NCBI GenBank assembly: GCA_965203805.1
Contig: OZ241917.1
Span: 5,696,001 to 5,760,000, forward strand
From: Candidatus Latescibacterota bacterium
GTDB lineage: Bacteria > Latescibacterota > UBA2968 > GCA-2709665
Direction: 5' to 3'
DNA: 64,000 bases
Shown here: piece after piece, positions 47,347-57,315 of the stretch
Position numbering within the stretch: the first letter of the stretch is position 1
Layout of the letters: each line of letters begins with the position of its first letter
Program-made: the position numbers and the translations under genes
Notes under the pieces: generated by a model
The model's database searches: none
Told to the model about the DNA's origin: nothing
The model's input: the letters and a program-made list of their open reading frames with translations, nothing else

Positions 47347-47935
47347 AAGATTGGAATGGCACAATCAAATGAGAAGGCAGCAACAATTGACATTAATGCT
47401 CTCGGCAATTTCTCCCTTCAGTGCTGTCAGTATTGCATCAATGGATGTGGCTCGTACAAGCTTTGTCCAACAGGAAAAACTTGAGGATGCGCTCAATACT
47501 TATCTTTTATATATGGCTCAGTTTATACAAAAAAAGAAATCTCAAGCAACGAACCAGAGGCTCCTGACGGATTTCTCCTTATTTACCTATCAGGATGATG
47601 ACAGATTAGAGGAATGTCTGTACCGGAATACGTTCCACATAGTGAACCTATGGCTTCTATTGATCCTCGGATTTACCGGGGCATATGTCACGATTCTGCG
47701 ATATGACGTAAGATGACCATTCTCTAAAGAGGCTTATCCCGTTCGGTTCTATTGAGCTTCACATGAGTCAGTTTATAGGTCGAACCCGATTCCACGATAC
47801 GCCCTTCGGACGGCTTGGAACATACGGAAGGCCATATCTCCGAGTAAAGAGCCTGTCCATCAGATTGCTGCTTGAGACGACGCATAAGGTCTGTTCCTAC
47901 CCTATCAGACGCATAACAACTCATAGGAGTGATAT

Positions 47936-49372
47936 ATGCTAGGTTGTCTGATACGGAAAGAGATTCTCGACCACATATTGAGCCTTCGGTTCCTTATACT
48001 TTCAGTGATCGCGGCGCTGGTGGTTTTGCTGAGTCTCTATAGCGGCTACACGTACTATCAATCGAGCCTGGAGAACTACCGCTTGGCAGAAACGGCGACC
48101 GAAAATCGCATCCGACAATTGCTGGATTGTGATGATTGGCTGGAGTTAGACGCCATGGGATTCAAGATTCACAAGCCGCCTACACCAATGAGTATCTTTG
48201 TTCGTGGATTGGAACCGGCACTCGGGCGAACGGTACTAATTTCCGGTGGCGGAAAACAATTGCCTGCCCGTAGCCCCGAGTCAGTTGAGCCTTCCCTCGG
48301 GGTGTTTCCTCTCCTGGACTTAGGACTGATTGTCCAGATTGTCGTGAGCCTTTTTATTCTGCTGTTGACCTTCGATGTGGTTTGTGGAGAAAAAGAAAAT
48401 GGCACGCTACGTTTGATCGCCGCCTTACCGATTTCTAAAGCAAAGCTACTTCTGGGTAAGTTCCTGGGGGTCTTAATCCCCACACTTGCCTCCATTTTTC
48501 TACCCTTGCTGCTTGGCTTGGCAGCTGTTCTGATGTCCCCCGATGCGAAGTTCACAGAATTGGAACTTATCCATCTGGTGCTCATATTATTGACTATTGG
48601 AACCTACCTCTGCGTCTTCACAAGTGCCGGAATCTTTGCTTCCTGTCTCGCCGGACGCTCAGCTACGGCATTTGTCGTGCTGCTCAGCTTTTGGGTGGCC
48701 ACCGTTATTGTGCTACCTCGTTTGAGTCTCATCGTTGCGGATAGCGTCAGTCCAGCACCTTCGTTTTACAATCTTATCACAGAAAAGGCAGCTGTTGCTA
48801 TGGCCGACCTGGAGGCGCGTTACGAACGCCACCGGAACTGGCAGCAGGACTACCAGCGGGTCAACGGAATAGAATGGCATCAAACTCCAGAGGGTCGGGA
48901 GGCATACCAGCTTTTTTTTGCTCAGACGCGGCGAGAAGCCCGTACACATACCTTCAGACAGTGGGAACGTCTGGATGAAGCCTTTCAGAACCGATACAAC
49001 GCTCGGCTGGACCTGGCCATGTACTTGGCACGCCTTTCACCGACCTTTGCTTTCAACAACGCAGTAGTCCGGCTTGCTGGCGTTGGTTGGGAGCCCCAGC
49101 ACAGGTTCAAGGTGGCAGGCGAGCGGTTTTGGAAGAAATACCGTGCGTGGTTCGCCCGGACAAAGACCCGCGACCGCCTCAGACTCGCTCATCCAGAAAA
49201 ATACGGTGAATATGTGTGGGATGTCTCCGACATGCCCCGGTTTATCTTTCATGAACGCTCGCACAGTGAAGACCTGCGGTTCGCTTTAGTGGATGTTGGC
49301 ATTTTGGCGCTTTGGGGTATCATGTTCTTCGCCGGTGCCTTCTTCACGATCCAGGGTTATGATGTGAGGTAA
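47936..49372 (+). CDS. ABC-2-type permease (paralog A')
   Basis: Shares HKPP.P.SIFVRGLEP, TPEGREA, NRY.ARL.LA and KYGEY.WD.SD.PR with paralog A; ends YDVR. Confidence 0.9.
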   Translation: MLGCLIRKEILDHILSLRFLILSVIAALVVLLSLYSGYTYYQSSLENYRLAETATENRIRQLLDCDDWLELDAMGFKIHKPPTPMSIFVRGLEPALGRTVLISGGGKQLPARSPESVEPSLGVFPLLDLGLIVQIVVSLFILLLTFDVVCGEKENGTLRLIAALPISKAKLLLGKFLGVLIPTLASIFLPLLLGLAAVLMSPDAKFTELELIHLVLILLTIGTYLCVFTSAGIFASCLAGRSATAFVVLLSFWVATVIVLPRLSLIVADSVSPAPSFYNLITEKAAVAMADLEARYERHRNWQQDYQRVNGIEWHQTPEGREAYQLFFAQTRREARTHTFRQWERLDEAFQNRYNARLDLAMYLARLSPTFAFNNAVVRLAGVGWEPQHRFKVAGERFWKKYRAWFARTKTRDRLRLAHPEKYGEYVWDVSDMPRFIFHERSHSEDLRFALVDVGILALWGIMFFAGAFFTIQGYDVR

Positions 49373-49485
49373 GTTACTGAAATGGGAACTGGGCCGCTCT
49401 GCCCAATCTCCATATGCCACTAGCATGGGTTTCCGAAGGAGGTCCATGCGCTGTCCGATAGCTGTTAAGTCTTCGGGAGTCTCCG

Positions 49486-50898
49486 ATGTTCAGCCACCTT
49501 ATCCAGAAGGAACTTCGCCACTACATGCACGATTTCCGTTTCGTTGCCATATTCGTGCTCTGCGCGTCGCTATCGGCCCTTAGTGTCTATGTGGGTGGTG
49601 AAAAATACCGTCAGCAACTCCGGGAGTATATGACAGTCTCTCAAAGTAACCAGAACAGGCTTAGGACCACTCTGGAGAAAGGATACATATCCAATTTATG
49701 GTGGTTTGGTTACAATTGGAACCGAAGACCCGAAGTGCTCAGCCCGCTGGTATATGGCCTCTCAGGAAAACTAGGCCAGGAAGTCAACCTACACGCCCAA
49801 AGACCCGTGGAGTTTGAAGGTAGTTCATTTGAGACTGATCCGGTTCATGCCCTCTTTGGTGTTCTCGACTTGGACTTCATTGTAAAAATCGTCCTTAGCT
49901 TGTGTGTTCTGTTACTAACCTACGATTCAATCTGTGGCGAGAAAGAAGCAGGGACATTGAGGCTTTATGCCTCATTCTCCGTATCTCGGTCCCGGCTGGC
50001 TGTTGCTAAACTTGCCGGATCAACTCTGGCGATAGTCGTTCCCCTTTCATTTGCTTTCTTGCTGGCCTCGGCCGTGTTAGCCCTTTCTCCAAGAGTTAGC
50101 CTACAAGTCCAGGATTGGATGAGAATAGTCGCCTTGATGGGCGTTTTTGTTCTCTATTTAATGGTATTCATTGCGTTCGGGCTTTGGATATCTGCTTCGA
50201 CCCACCGTCGATTGACGGCCTTTTTGAGCCTTCTGTGTTTATGGACCATCTGGATCTTTGTGGTCCCGGATATAGCGGTACGCTTTGCCCGTTACCTGTC
50301 TCCCGTCGAACGCATCTACGACATGGAAAAACGGATTGACACTATACGTTGGGATATGCGGGCACGTAAAGTGGAAGAGATAGGGGCCTATCAGGTACGC
50401 ACACGTGTCGAAAACCTGGATTCTATTACACCTGTGCAGCAGGAAGAGGCTCAGCGTGTTCACCGTGCAGCGTACAAGTCGATACGTAGAAAGTGGAACC
50501 TGCAATTCTATCGAAGCATGTCGGACCTGCAAGCAGTCAGGCACCGTCAGATGCAAAAGCAGCGGGATCTTCTTTCTGTACTTTCGTCTCTCTCTCCACT
50601 AGGCGCGATCAGTTTTACTTCCATGGACATTGCCCGCACTGGACCTATTCAGCAAGCGCGGATCATAGGGGTGATGGGCCCGCACCTGGTTTATCTCGAT
50701 TCATTCATCCAAGAAAATTGGATACTACCTTCTGAAATTCGTGACCTGACGGACTTTTCCCCATTCACCTATCGGGACACAGACACACTTGGGGATTGCA
50801 TGTCTCGGAATGTATTCCATTTTGTGAACTTGGTGCTCCTTGCACTGGTTGGTTTTTCGGGCGCGTATATGGCATTAATGAAATACGATGTTAGATAA
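49486..50898 (+). CDS. ABC-2-type permease (paralog B')
   Basis: Shares WN.RPE.LS..VYGLSG.LGQEV, TDP.HAL.G.LD and SMD.ART with paralog B; ends YDVR. Confidence 0.9.
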   Translation: MFSHLIQKELRHYMHDFRFVAIFVLCASLSALSVYVGGEKYRQQLREYMTVSQSNQNRLRTTLEKGYISNLWWFGYNWNRRPEVLSPLVYGLSGKLGQEVNLHAQRPVEFEGSSFETDPVHALFGVLDLDFIVKIVLSLCVLLLTYDSICGEKEAGTLRLYASFSVSRSRLAVAKLAGSTLAIVVPLSFAFLLASAVLALSPRVSLQVQDWMRIVALMGVFVLYLMVFIAFGLWISASTHRRLTAFLSLLCLWTIWIFVVPDIAVRFARYLSPVERIYDMEKRIDTIRWDMRARKVEEIGAYQVRTRVENLDSITPVQQEEAQRVHRAAYKSIRRKWNLQFYRSMSDLQAVRHRQMQKQRDLLSVLSSLSPLGAISFTSMDIARTGPIQQARIIGVMGPHLVYLDSFIQENWILPSEIRDLTDFSPFTYRDTDTLGDCMSRNVFHFVNLVLLALVGFSGAYMALMKYDVR

Positions 50899-51008
50899 AT
50901 GGTTGGAACAGAACCTACGATAGTTGTTCCCCTGCATACCACTGTAGAGTGAGGCAACTCCTCCTCCGACATTCAATGTCGTGAATTTGGCGGAGTGGCG
51001 AGGATCTG

Positions 51009-52643
51009 ATGAGGTCAAGATCCGATGATGTAGACTATGCCAGAAAGCGATCTCTGAAAATGGAAGTCCCCTGTGGCACCTCGGGGACGGCGAGGGCTGA
51101 TCCGGAAAAACCGGAGGTTGCGGAGTACCGTCGGTTCGCCGTGCCGTTGCTCGTCTCGATGCTTTCGATACTGTACTTTAACCTTCCTGGTTACGGTCAG
51201 TACTTTACTGAACGCAACGACGAGACCTACCTGATTCTCGCCCTTAGAAAGCAAAAAGCCCGTTTCGACGCAGCAAGGCTCGAATACGCCGCGGCATTGG
51301 AACTTAAACAAAGAAGCCTGATCGCGCTGAACGAATTCGAACGAATCAAGACAAACTACATAAACGAAGAAATCAGCTACCAGCAGGCGATGCTGCGGGT
51401 GATCTTCGATCAGCCCCATATCCTCATCGAAAAAGCGGTAAAATATCAGGCCGAAGACGGCAAAAAGCGCGTGCGGATCACCCTCAGAAACACCACGGGT
51501 GGCGTGGCCGACTATGAAAAGCTGGTGCAGACCGATGACAGCGTGTTCGATCCCTCGCTCCAGCCTGACAAGATTAATAACGTCTTTATTTCTCTGCACG
51601 AGAGCCCGGAAGCAGGCGGCACCGGCCCAATCATTAGCCAGCCTTACGAAGACAAGATTGAAACCCTGGGGTTCGGAGATTCAGCAAGCGTCGATTTCCT
51701 TTTGCTCAAGGACGTGGAGGAAGTGATCGTGAGCATGACGTATGCGGGCGCCACGGACCAAAAACATATCTACCTGCAAAAAGACACAAGCGCCAACCGC
51801 GTAATTGTCTCCTCGCCCAACTTCTCCCAGGAGTCCTATCTGGGCGAAAGCGCCACCTACTCGCTGCAACTGGAGCGGTTCTCCAACGAAAACGACGTGT
51901 TCCGTCTGGCTGTGGTCAACCTGCCCCGTCAAATCACGTATAACTTCCTCGACCCCACCTCCGTACCTATCCAACGACTTTCTCAGGTCAACTTCACCCA
52001 GGGTGTCACCAGCAAACAACTTGCACTTACAGCCTACCTCCCGGAACGGTCAGACGTACAGGTGGGAATCGACAGAACCATCACGTTCTATGCGTTGGTC
52101 TTACCCCAGGAAGTCTGGCAAGATGTGCAGCCATTGGACAATAAGACCTTCAGCGAAAAGGAAGTCGATGGTCTCGACGCAGGTAAAGTAAAACTGGAAC
52201 TCATTCCTCGCGGCGTCGGCCGGATCGAAGTTCGCGCATTGAATCTGTACCATGAGATCCAAACGGATGAAGATGTCTCCATGGAAGTCACCGTTCTCAA
52301 TGATGGAAGCAGGCGGCTGAACAACATTCGCATCCGCACCAATATGCCGCCCAGGTGGCAGTCAGATATCCGCCCCGATGTCATCTCCGAATTGATACCG
52401 GCCGAAGAATTCACCGTCAAACTGCAATTCCTGCCGCCCGAAAATGTCGAGGTCGGCGACTATGAGATTCAGATCCAGACGCTGGCGCTGGCAGACAACC
52501 GTCCCGTGGAAACGCAAGACAAAACCGTGCGCATTCACGTCAACGCCCCAACCAACCTCTGGTTGAGTGCGTTCATCGTCTTTTGCGTAATCGGTGTGCT
52601 CGTCGGCATCATATGGTATTCAGTGAAACTCACGAAACGTTAG
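51009..52643 (+). CDS. NEW3-domain extracytoplasmic protein with N-terminal coiled coil and C-terminal TM anchor
   Basis: Signal-like segment VPLLVSMLSILYFNLPGYG (true start probably later than 51009), helical region, Ig-like V.N.G...L.NI...PPRW...PPENVEVGDY, terminal TM followed by KLTKR. Confidence 0.75.
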   Translation: MRSRSDDVDYARKRSLKMEVPCGTSGTARADPEKPEVAEYRRFAVPLLVSMLSILYFNLPGYGQYFTERNDETYLILALRKQKARFDAARLEYAAALELKQRSLIALNEFERIKTNYINEEISYQQAMLRVIFDQPHILIEKAVKYQAEDGKKRVRITLRNTTGGVADYEKLVQTDDSVFDPSLQPDKINNVFISLHESPEAGGTGPIISQPYEDKIETLGFGDSASVDFLLLKDVEEVIVSMTYAGATDQKHIYLQKDTSANRVIVSSPNFSQESYLGESATYSLQLERFSNENDVFRLAVVNLPRQITYNFLDPTSVPIQRLSQVNFTQGVTSKQLALTAYLPERSDVQVGIDRTITFYALVLPQEVWQDVQPLDNKTFSEKEVDGLDAGKVKLELIPRGVGRIEVRALNLYHEIQTDEDVSMEVTVLNDGSRRLNNIRIRTNMPPRWQSDIRPDVISELIPAEEFTVKLQFLPPENVEVGDYEIQIQTLALADNRPVETQDKTVRIHVNAPTNLWLSAFIVFCVIGVLVGIIWYSVKLTKR

Positions 52644-52768
52644 CGCTAGCCCACTAACCTTCCGCCTTGCCAGACGACGGCCGGCAATTCTGTTGATTGG
52701 CGCGTCTTATTACCTTTCCCGCTTAGGGGGGAGGAGACGGGCGCGTCCGAAATACAATGGAGGTACCA

Positions 52769-53527
52769 ATGATCGAAGCCATCGATCTGACGAAGAGGTA
52801 CGAAGACGGGATACTGGCATTGGACCACCTAAACCTAAAGGTCGCACCGGGGGAAATATTCTGCTTGCTTGGCGCCAACGGCGCAGGCAAATCCACCGCG
52901 ATCAACCTGATGCTGAACTTTATAGAGCCGACCGAAGGCACGGCCAAAATCAACGACATCGATGTCACCCGCGAACCCCTGGAAGCCAAGAAGTACGTGG
53001 CCTACCTGTCGGAAAACGTGAGTCTGTACGGCAACTTTACTGCCCGGCAGAACCTGGAGTTCTTCGCCGGCTTAGCCGGAAAACAGACTGATCTCGACGG
53101 CTATTATAAGGTCCTGCGGAGAGTGGGTTTGCCGGAAAATGCATTCGAAAAACGAATTAAAGAATTCTCAAAGGGGATGCGCCAAAAGGTAGGCATAGCC
53201 ATTGTCATAATTCGGGACGCGCGCGCGGTCATAATGGACGAGCCTACGTCTGGTCTTGATCCGCAAGCCGGCGCCGAATTCTTGCATTTATTGGAAGAAC
53301 TGAGAGGCGAAGGCAGAGCTGTCTTCATGTCGACCCACGACATTTTTCGGGCTCGCACACTTGCGGATAGGGTAGGCATCATGAAATCGGGACGCTTGAT
53401 TAGCGAACGCACCCGCCAGGAACTGGAATACGAAGACCTGGAGGAACTCTATCTCGATTACATGTACGGTACAAACACGGGAAGGGACAAGATTGAAAAT
53501 CCGCTCGTCAGACAGGAGCCACAATGA
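52769..53527 (+). CDS. ABC transporter ATP-binding protein (CcmA/DrrA-like)
   Basis: GANGAGKS, FSKGMRQ, MDEPTSGLD, STH; GGAGG precedes ATG 52769. Confidence 0.93.
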   Translation: MIEAIDLTKRYEDGILALDHLNLKVAPGEIFCLLGANGAGKSTAINLMLNFIEPTEGTAKINDIDVTREPLEAKKYVAYLSENVSLYGNFTARQNLEFFAGLAGKQTDLDGYYKVLRRVGLPENAFEKRIKEFSKGMRQKVGIAIVIIRDARAVIMDEPTSGLDPQAGAEFLHLLEELRGEGRAVFMSTHDIFRARTLADRVGIMKSGRLISERTRQELEYEDLEELYLDYMYGTNTGRDKIENPLVRQEPQ

Positions 53528-53904
53528 CAACTGGTCTACTGAGCTGCACTTGTTTAATGGCATCGCAGTTCTACCCCCTTTCACCGAGTCTAAACTCAAG
53601 GCATCCCGTTGAACCGGGGTAACTCCAATATGGACACGCCCCTTGTTTCTTTATGATCGAGTTAATTCCCCTCAGTAAATTGGAACCCCCATACTCATCC
53701 ACAACCATTAACCCTAATTCCGCAAAGGCCGCAACGCGGCACCGCGACGAAACCTTCCGAAACGGGCCGAAATGGCTGTCAGGAAGGACGTTTTTTCCGT
53801 TCACGTCCAGTGACCTGGTGTATCCTGGTAATCCGCAGTCTAATCGCCTTTATTAACCCGCACATATTCGAATTGACGTCCCCGAAAATTGATGAATCAA
53901 GGTT

Positions 53905-55727
53905 GAGTCCCCTCCGAGAAGGGGGTTCAGGAAGATTTCGTGTGTAGGTGTCAGTGTTGTGTATTGAGAGGTCGCGTTGCGTGGTGAAAGTGCATCGGGT
54001 TGCGGCCCATCAACACAGAGGCGGTTTACGAGGTTGCTCGCGTGGTTTTGGGGCAAGGATATGCATAAAAAAGTCGCATCTTATGCGGGGAGCATCGTGG
54101 GTGAGGTGAGGTAATTCTGGATCCGAACGAGATTGACCCATAAGCCACGACAGTGCGCCCACAGCTGATGTGGCATCAATCCACGATAGCGAGTTTTGCC
54201 GTTTCGGGTGTAATAGCTCAACTGGAAGAGGCTGGCTTCGACGTTATTGCGTCGGTTTCTGATGTGTTCAGGCAGGGCTTCACTCTGTTTGCGTTTGATG
54301 TAGTTGTCGATGGCCTGTTCTTTAAAGTATCGGGGTTTGCCATCCATGATGAGTTTGTATTTCCCCGGTTTGTATTCTTGGGCAAGCTGCACGGCTTGGG
54401 TATTTCGATCCATGACTTCGACGCCTTCTCTTGTTCGTCGATAAATGAAACGCCCTGGGGTTCCTTGCAGGCCACTGTAATAGAATTGCTTGTCGTGTTC
54501 GTTTGCGTACTCGGCGTTGGATTGATCATTATAGGCCCCATCCATCGACACGTCTCGAACCTGCCCTACCACGTGCTGTGTGCGCCCTACGGCCGCTTGC
54601 ACAAACGCGTTGTCGGGCGCTGTCGCGGATTTGACGTCAATGTCCGTGATCAAATTGAGGCCCTCCTCACCGCAGGTCTCGGTGAGGTTCACACTGTATC
54701 CTTTCACCTTCGCTTCCCCTTTCTTACGAAAGGCCGCATCTTCGTCATCGGGGGACTGCAAGGAGGATGCGGAGATCTCATCAGGCGGCTTGGGAAGCAC
54801 CTGTTTGGAGGAGGATAAAACCGAATACTGGTCTCCAAAAACACGCGCCATCACACCATAGTGATCGCTGTCTTTCTCGGTATAGATCGCTTGAAGCCTG
54901 CTCAATAACACACCGTATTCCTGTAGCTTCTCACCTTTTTCAGCACGGGTGAGACGGTAGACAACCTGATGGGGCTTCACCTTGAGCATTCCGTCCAGAA
55001 CCTGCCGGTGTTTTCCTGATAATCGCCGCTTCCGGGCCTCGTCCAACGATCCCCAGAACCGTTGTAAACAACCCACCACCAACTGCAACCGACAACATAG
55101 CGCAATGTTCGAGCCGATTAACTTACTGTCCATTCGGATTTGCTGACCCAGCACACCAAAGGCGTCGGCCTGCGTCTTCGTTAAGCTGCTAAAGGTCTCG
55201 CCAACCAGATCCCGACCGGTTTTCAGTTGATACGCATACAAGGACTGTTTGAACAGATAATACGTCGACTCCACAGGCGCCTCATCAGACAGATTCATCA
55301 ACCCCAATGCCCGCATCGCCAGGATATTGAACCGACATTGCTCGAACAGTTGTGCATCGCTCCACCCGAAGCCCTCCTTCAAGACCATCATCGCCGCCAA
55401 CTGACGAATCGGGGCATTGGGACGGCCTATGTCGGGATCAAACAACACGGAAAACACATCCTCGTCGATCTCTGACGTGATGTGCTGGTAAAACAGATTA
55501 TGCCACGACTTCGGATCATTCAACTGCGCCTGCTTCCGCTGTGTGAAATGCGACTCGAAATTCGAAAACAGATCCGGTTGACTGCACGACGCACTCGGCT
55601 TATACATCTGTCCTCTCCCACGCTCTCTACAATTGTAATTCTCAATACTTCATCCTTGCTGACTTTTCACACTTCGAATTTAGTACTTTCACCAGCATAA
55701 GTAAATGCGACTTTTCGGAGTGGACTC
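53905..55727 (-). mobile_element. 1823-bp insertion sequence, copy 2 (inverted relative to copy 1)
   Basis: Same ends and identical transposase; AAGGTT duplicated at 53899-53904 and 55728-55733. Confidence 0.95.
54081..55607 (-). CDS. DDE transposase (identical protein to copy 1)
   Basis: Translation identical to 45644-47170. Confidence 0.92.
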   Translation of the reverse strand: MYKPSASCSQPDLFSNFESHFTQRKQAQLNDPKSWHNLFYQHITSEIDEDVFSVLFDPDIGRPNAPIRQLAAMMVLKEGFGWSDAQLFEQCRFNILAMRALGLMNLSDEAPVESTYYLFKQSLYAYQLKTGRDLVGETFSSLTKTQADAFGVLGQQIRMDSKLIGSNIALCCRLQLVVGCLQRFWGSLDEARKRRLSGKHRQVLDGMLKVKPHQVVYRLTRAEKGEKLQEYGVLLSRLQAIYTEKDSDHYGVMARVFGDQYSVLSSSKQVLPKPPDEISASSLQSPDDEDAAFRKKGEAKVKGYSVNLTETCGEEGLNLITDIDVKSATAPDNAFVQAAVGRTQHVVGQVRDVSMDGAYNDQSNAEYANEHDKQFYYSGLQGTPGRFIYRRTREGVEVMDRNTQAVQLAQEYKPGKYKLIMDGKPRYFKEQAIDNYIKRKQSEALPEHIRNRRNNVEASLFQLSYYTRNGKTRYRGLMPHQLWAHCRGLWVNLVRIQNYLTSPTMLPA

Positions 55728-55789
55728 AAGGTTAAATATAACTCCCCATTCTGTGCCGGATTTGATGTCTAACTTCTGTCGAATACTTC

Positions 55790-55818
55790 TTGACAATTTC
55801 AATCAGAGTGGATATTTT
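55790..55818 (+). promoter_or_regulatory. sigma70 promoter candidate
   Basis: TTGACA(55790)-17 bp-TATTTT(55813). Confidence 0.55.
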
Positions 55819-56014
55819 AGTCCGATCAAGCACGAGGTCGGACGGTTAAGAATTCGAAACGAAAGTTGTCAGGGAATTCGCCCATGTGTTCGATTTCCTT
55901 TAATTTGCCCAAAGCAATCCTGGTTCATAATCGTGCAGCCATGGCCGAAGGGCATAGCGTATCCGGAAATGCGCGATGCGGTTTGTAACAGTATCAGCAA
56001 CAGCACAAATTCAG

Positions 56015-56048
56015 ACCGCCATCGATGCCGATTCGATGGCGGTTTTTT
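56015..56048 (+). terminator. Intrinsic terminator in the leader of the second ABC operon
   Basis: ACCGCCATCGA-tgccgat-TCGATGGCGGT followed by TTTTT. Confidence 0.8.
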
Positions 56049-56212
56049 GTTATCTATCTGCCATCGAGATTGACGATGCGCCAATAACCTGGATTCGACA
56101 TTTGAATGGGATTTCAATACTCGGATTCTGGAGTTTTCGCATAAGTGTCACCATTGGACGTATCCGCTGCTGCATCATGCCGCCATAATTACGGAGGTTC
56201 ACAAAAACTCGC

Positions 56213-57217
56213 ATGCCAATCATCGTTGTTGAAAAACTGAAAAAAGAATACCGGAGGCAGAAGCGAACGGCCGGCCTGGCGGGTTCCGTCCGAAGCCTGT
56301 TTTCGCGCGAGTATGAGACAATACTCGCGGTTGATGATGTTTCTTTCCACGTTGAAGAGGGCGAGGTTGTCGGCTATATCGGCGCGAACGGGGCGGGTAA
56401 GTCTACGACGATCAAAATGCTCGTTGGTATCCTTGTCCCGACGTCAGGCCTTGTCACAGTGCGCGGTCTGGTGCCTCATGAAAACAGAGTTGAAAATGCA
56501 AAAAAGATGGGGGTTGTGTTTGGGCAAAGAACACAATTATGGTGGGATATACCCGTATCCGAGTCATTGAACCTGATGCGTCACATGTTCAAGATTCCCG
56601 AGAAGCGCTTCAACGAAAATATCGCTCTTTTCGGAGAAATCCTCGATCTCAGGGATTTTATCAACACACCCGTCCGCCAACTCAGCCTCGGACAACGAAT
56701 GAGAGCGGATATCTGTGCGGCATTGTTGCACGATCCCGACATTTTATATCTGGATGAGCCAACAATTGGATTGGACGTCGTTGCCAAGGAACGCATCAGG
56801 GAGTTCATCAAGAGCGTGAATCGTGAAAGAGGCACAACGGTCATTCTCACCACGCATGACATGTCGGATATTGAAAAGCTCTGCTCGAGAGTCATGGTGA
56901 TCGACAAGGGCAGCATTGTCTACGATGGACAATTACAACAGCTCAAAGAGAAATACGGGACCGAAGAGACGCTGACGATTGTAACCGACGGCGGTTCGAT
57001 AGATGATAAGGATCTGGGCAAACTGGGCATCCGGGACGTCAGCCGCGAGGGAAACAGGTACACATTCCGATATGACAAGCGAAACGTGAATTCTTCTTCT
57101 CTGATCCAATTTGCCCTGGACCACTGTCAAATACGTGATTTTGACGTCCAACAAGCTGAAATCGAGGAAGTGATTCGCCGGCTGTACTTGAGTATGGCTG
57201 ACCAGAGACACGGTTAG
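56213..57217 (+). CDS. ABC ATP-binding protein (COG4586-type)
   Basis: GANGAGKS, VFGQRTQLWWD, LSLGQRMR, LDEPTIGLD, TTHDM; C-terminal accessory domain. Confidence 0.93.
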   Translation: MPIIVVEKLKKEYRRQKRTAGLAGSVRSLFSREYETILAVDDVSFHVEEGEVVGYIGANGAGKSTTIKMLVGILVPTSGLVTVRGLVPHENRVENAKKMGVVFGQRTQLWWDIPVSESLNLMRHMFKIPEKRFNENIALFGEILDLRDFINTPVRQLSLGQRMRADICAALLHDPDILYLDEPTIGLDVVAKERIREFIKSVNRERGTTVILTTHDMSDIEKLCSRVMVIDKGSIVYDGQLQQLKEKYGTEETLTIVTDGGSIDDKDLGKLGIRDVSREGNRYTFRYDKRNVNSSSLIQFALDHCQIRDFDVQQAEIEEVIRRLYLSMADQRHG

Positions 57218-57315
57218 TCTGCAGGTTTTATAAGGGTGCGTACAGGAGGTCGCCCCGTCTTAAGGGTGGGTTCGCATTGACTTAAACGTGTTCCGACGTC
57301 AGAATCGATTCCAAA

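Larger units (their letters stand above)
44487..47716 (+). pseudogene. ABC-2-type permease (paralog B) interrupted by an IS
   Basis: Joining 44487-45523 to 47353-47716 gives 1401 nt, 466 aa in frame (...NNIRLEWHNQMRRQ...), ending RYDVR like its 470-aa paralog. Confidence 0.92.

Noticed and set aside
47195-47716. 173-aa ORF as an independent gene
   Set aside because: It is a chimera of the IS right end and the 3' part of the interrupted permease B.
49435-49486. Strong AAGGAGGT SD with ATG at 49446
   Set aside because: This ATG is out of frame with permease B' and gives an unrecognisable overlapping peptide; permease B' has its own GGGAG SD.
45524-55727. Composite transposon that inserted as a single unit
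   Set aside because: Each IS has its own matching TSD and the outer flanks differ (AAGATT vs AAGGTT); permease B continues across copy 1.
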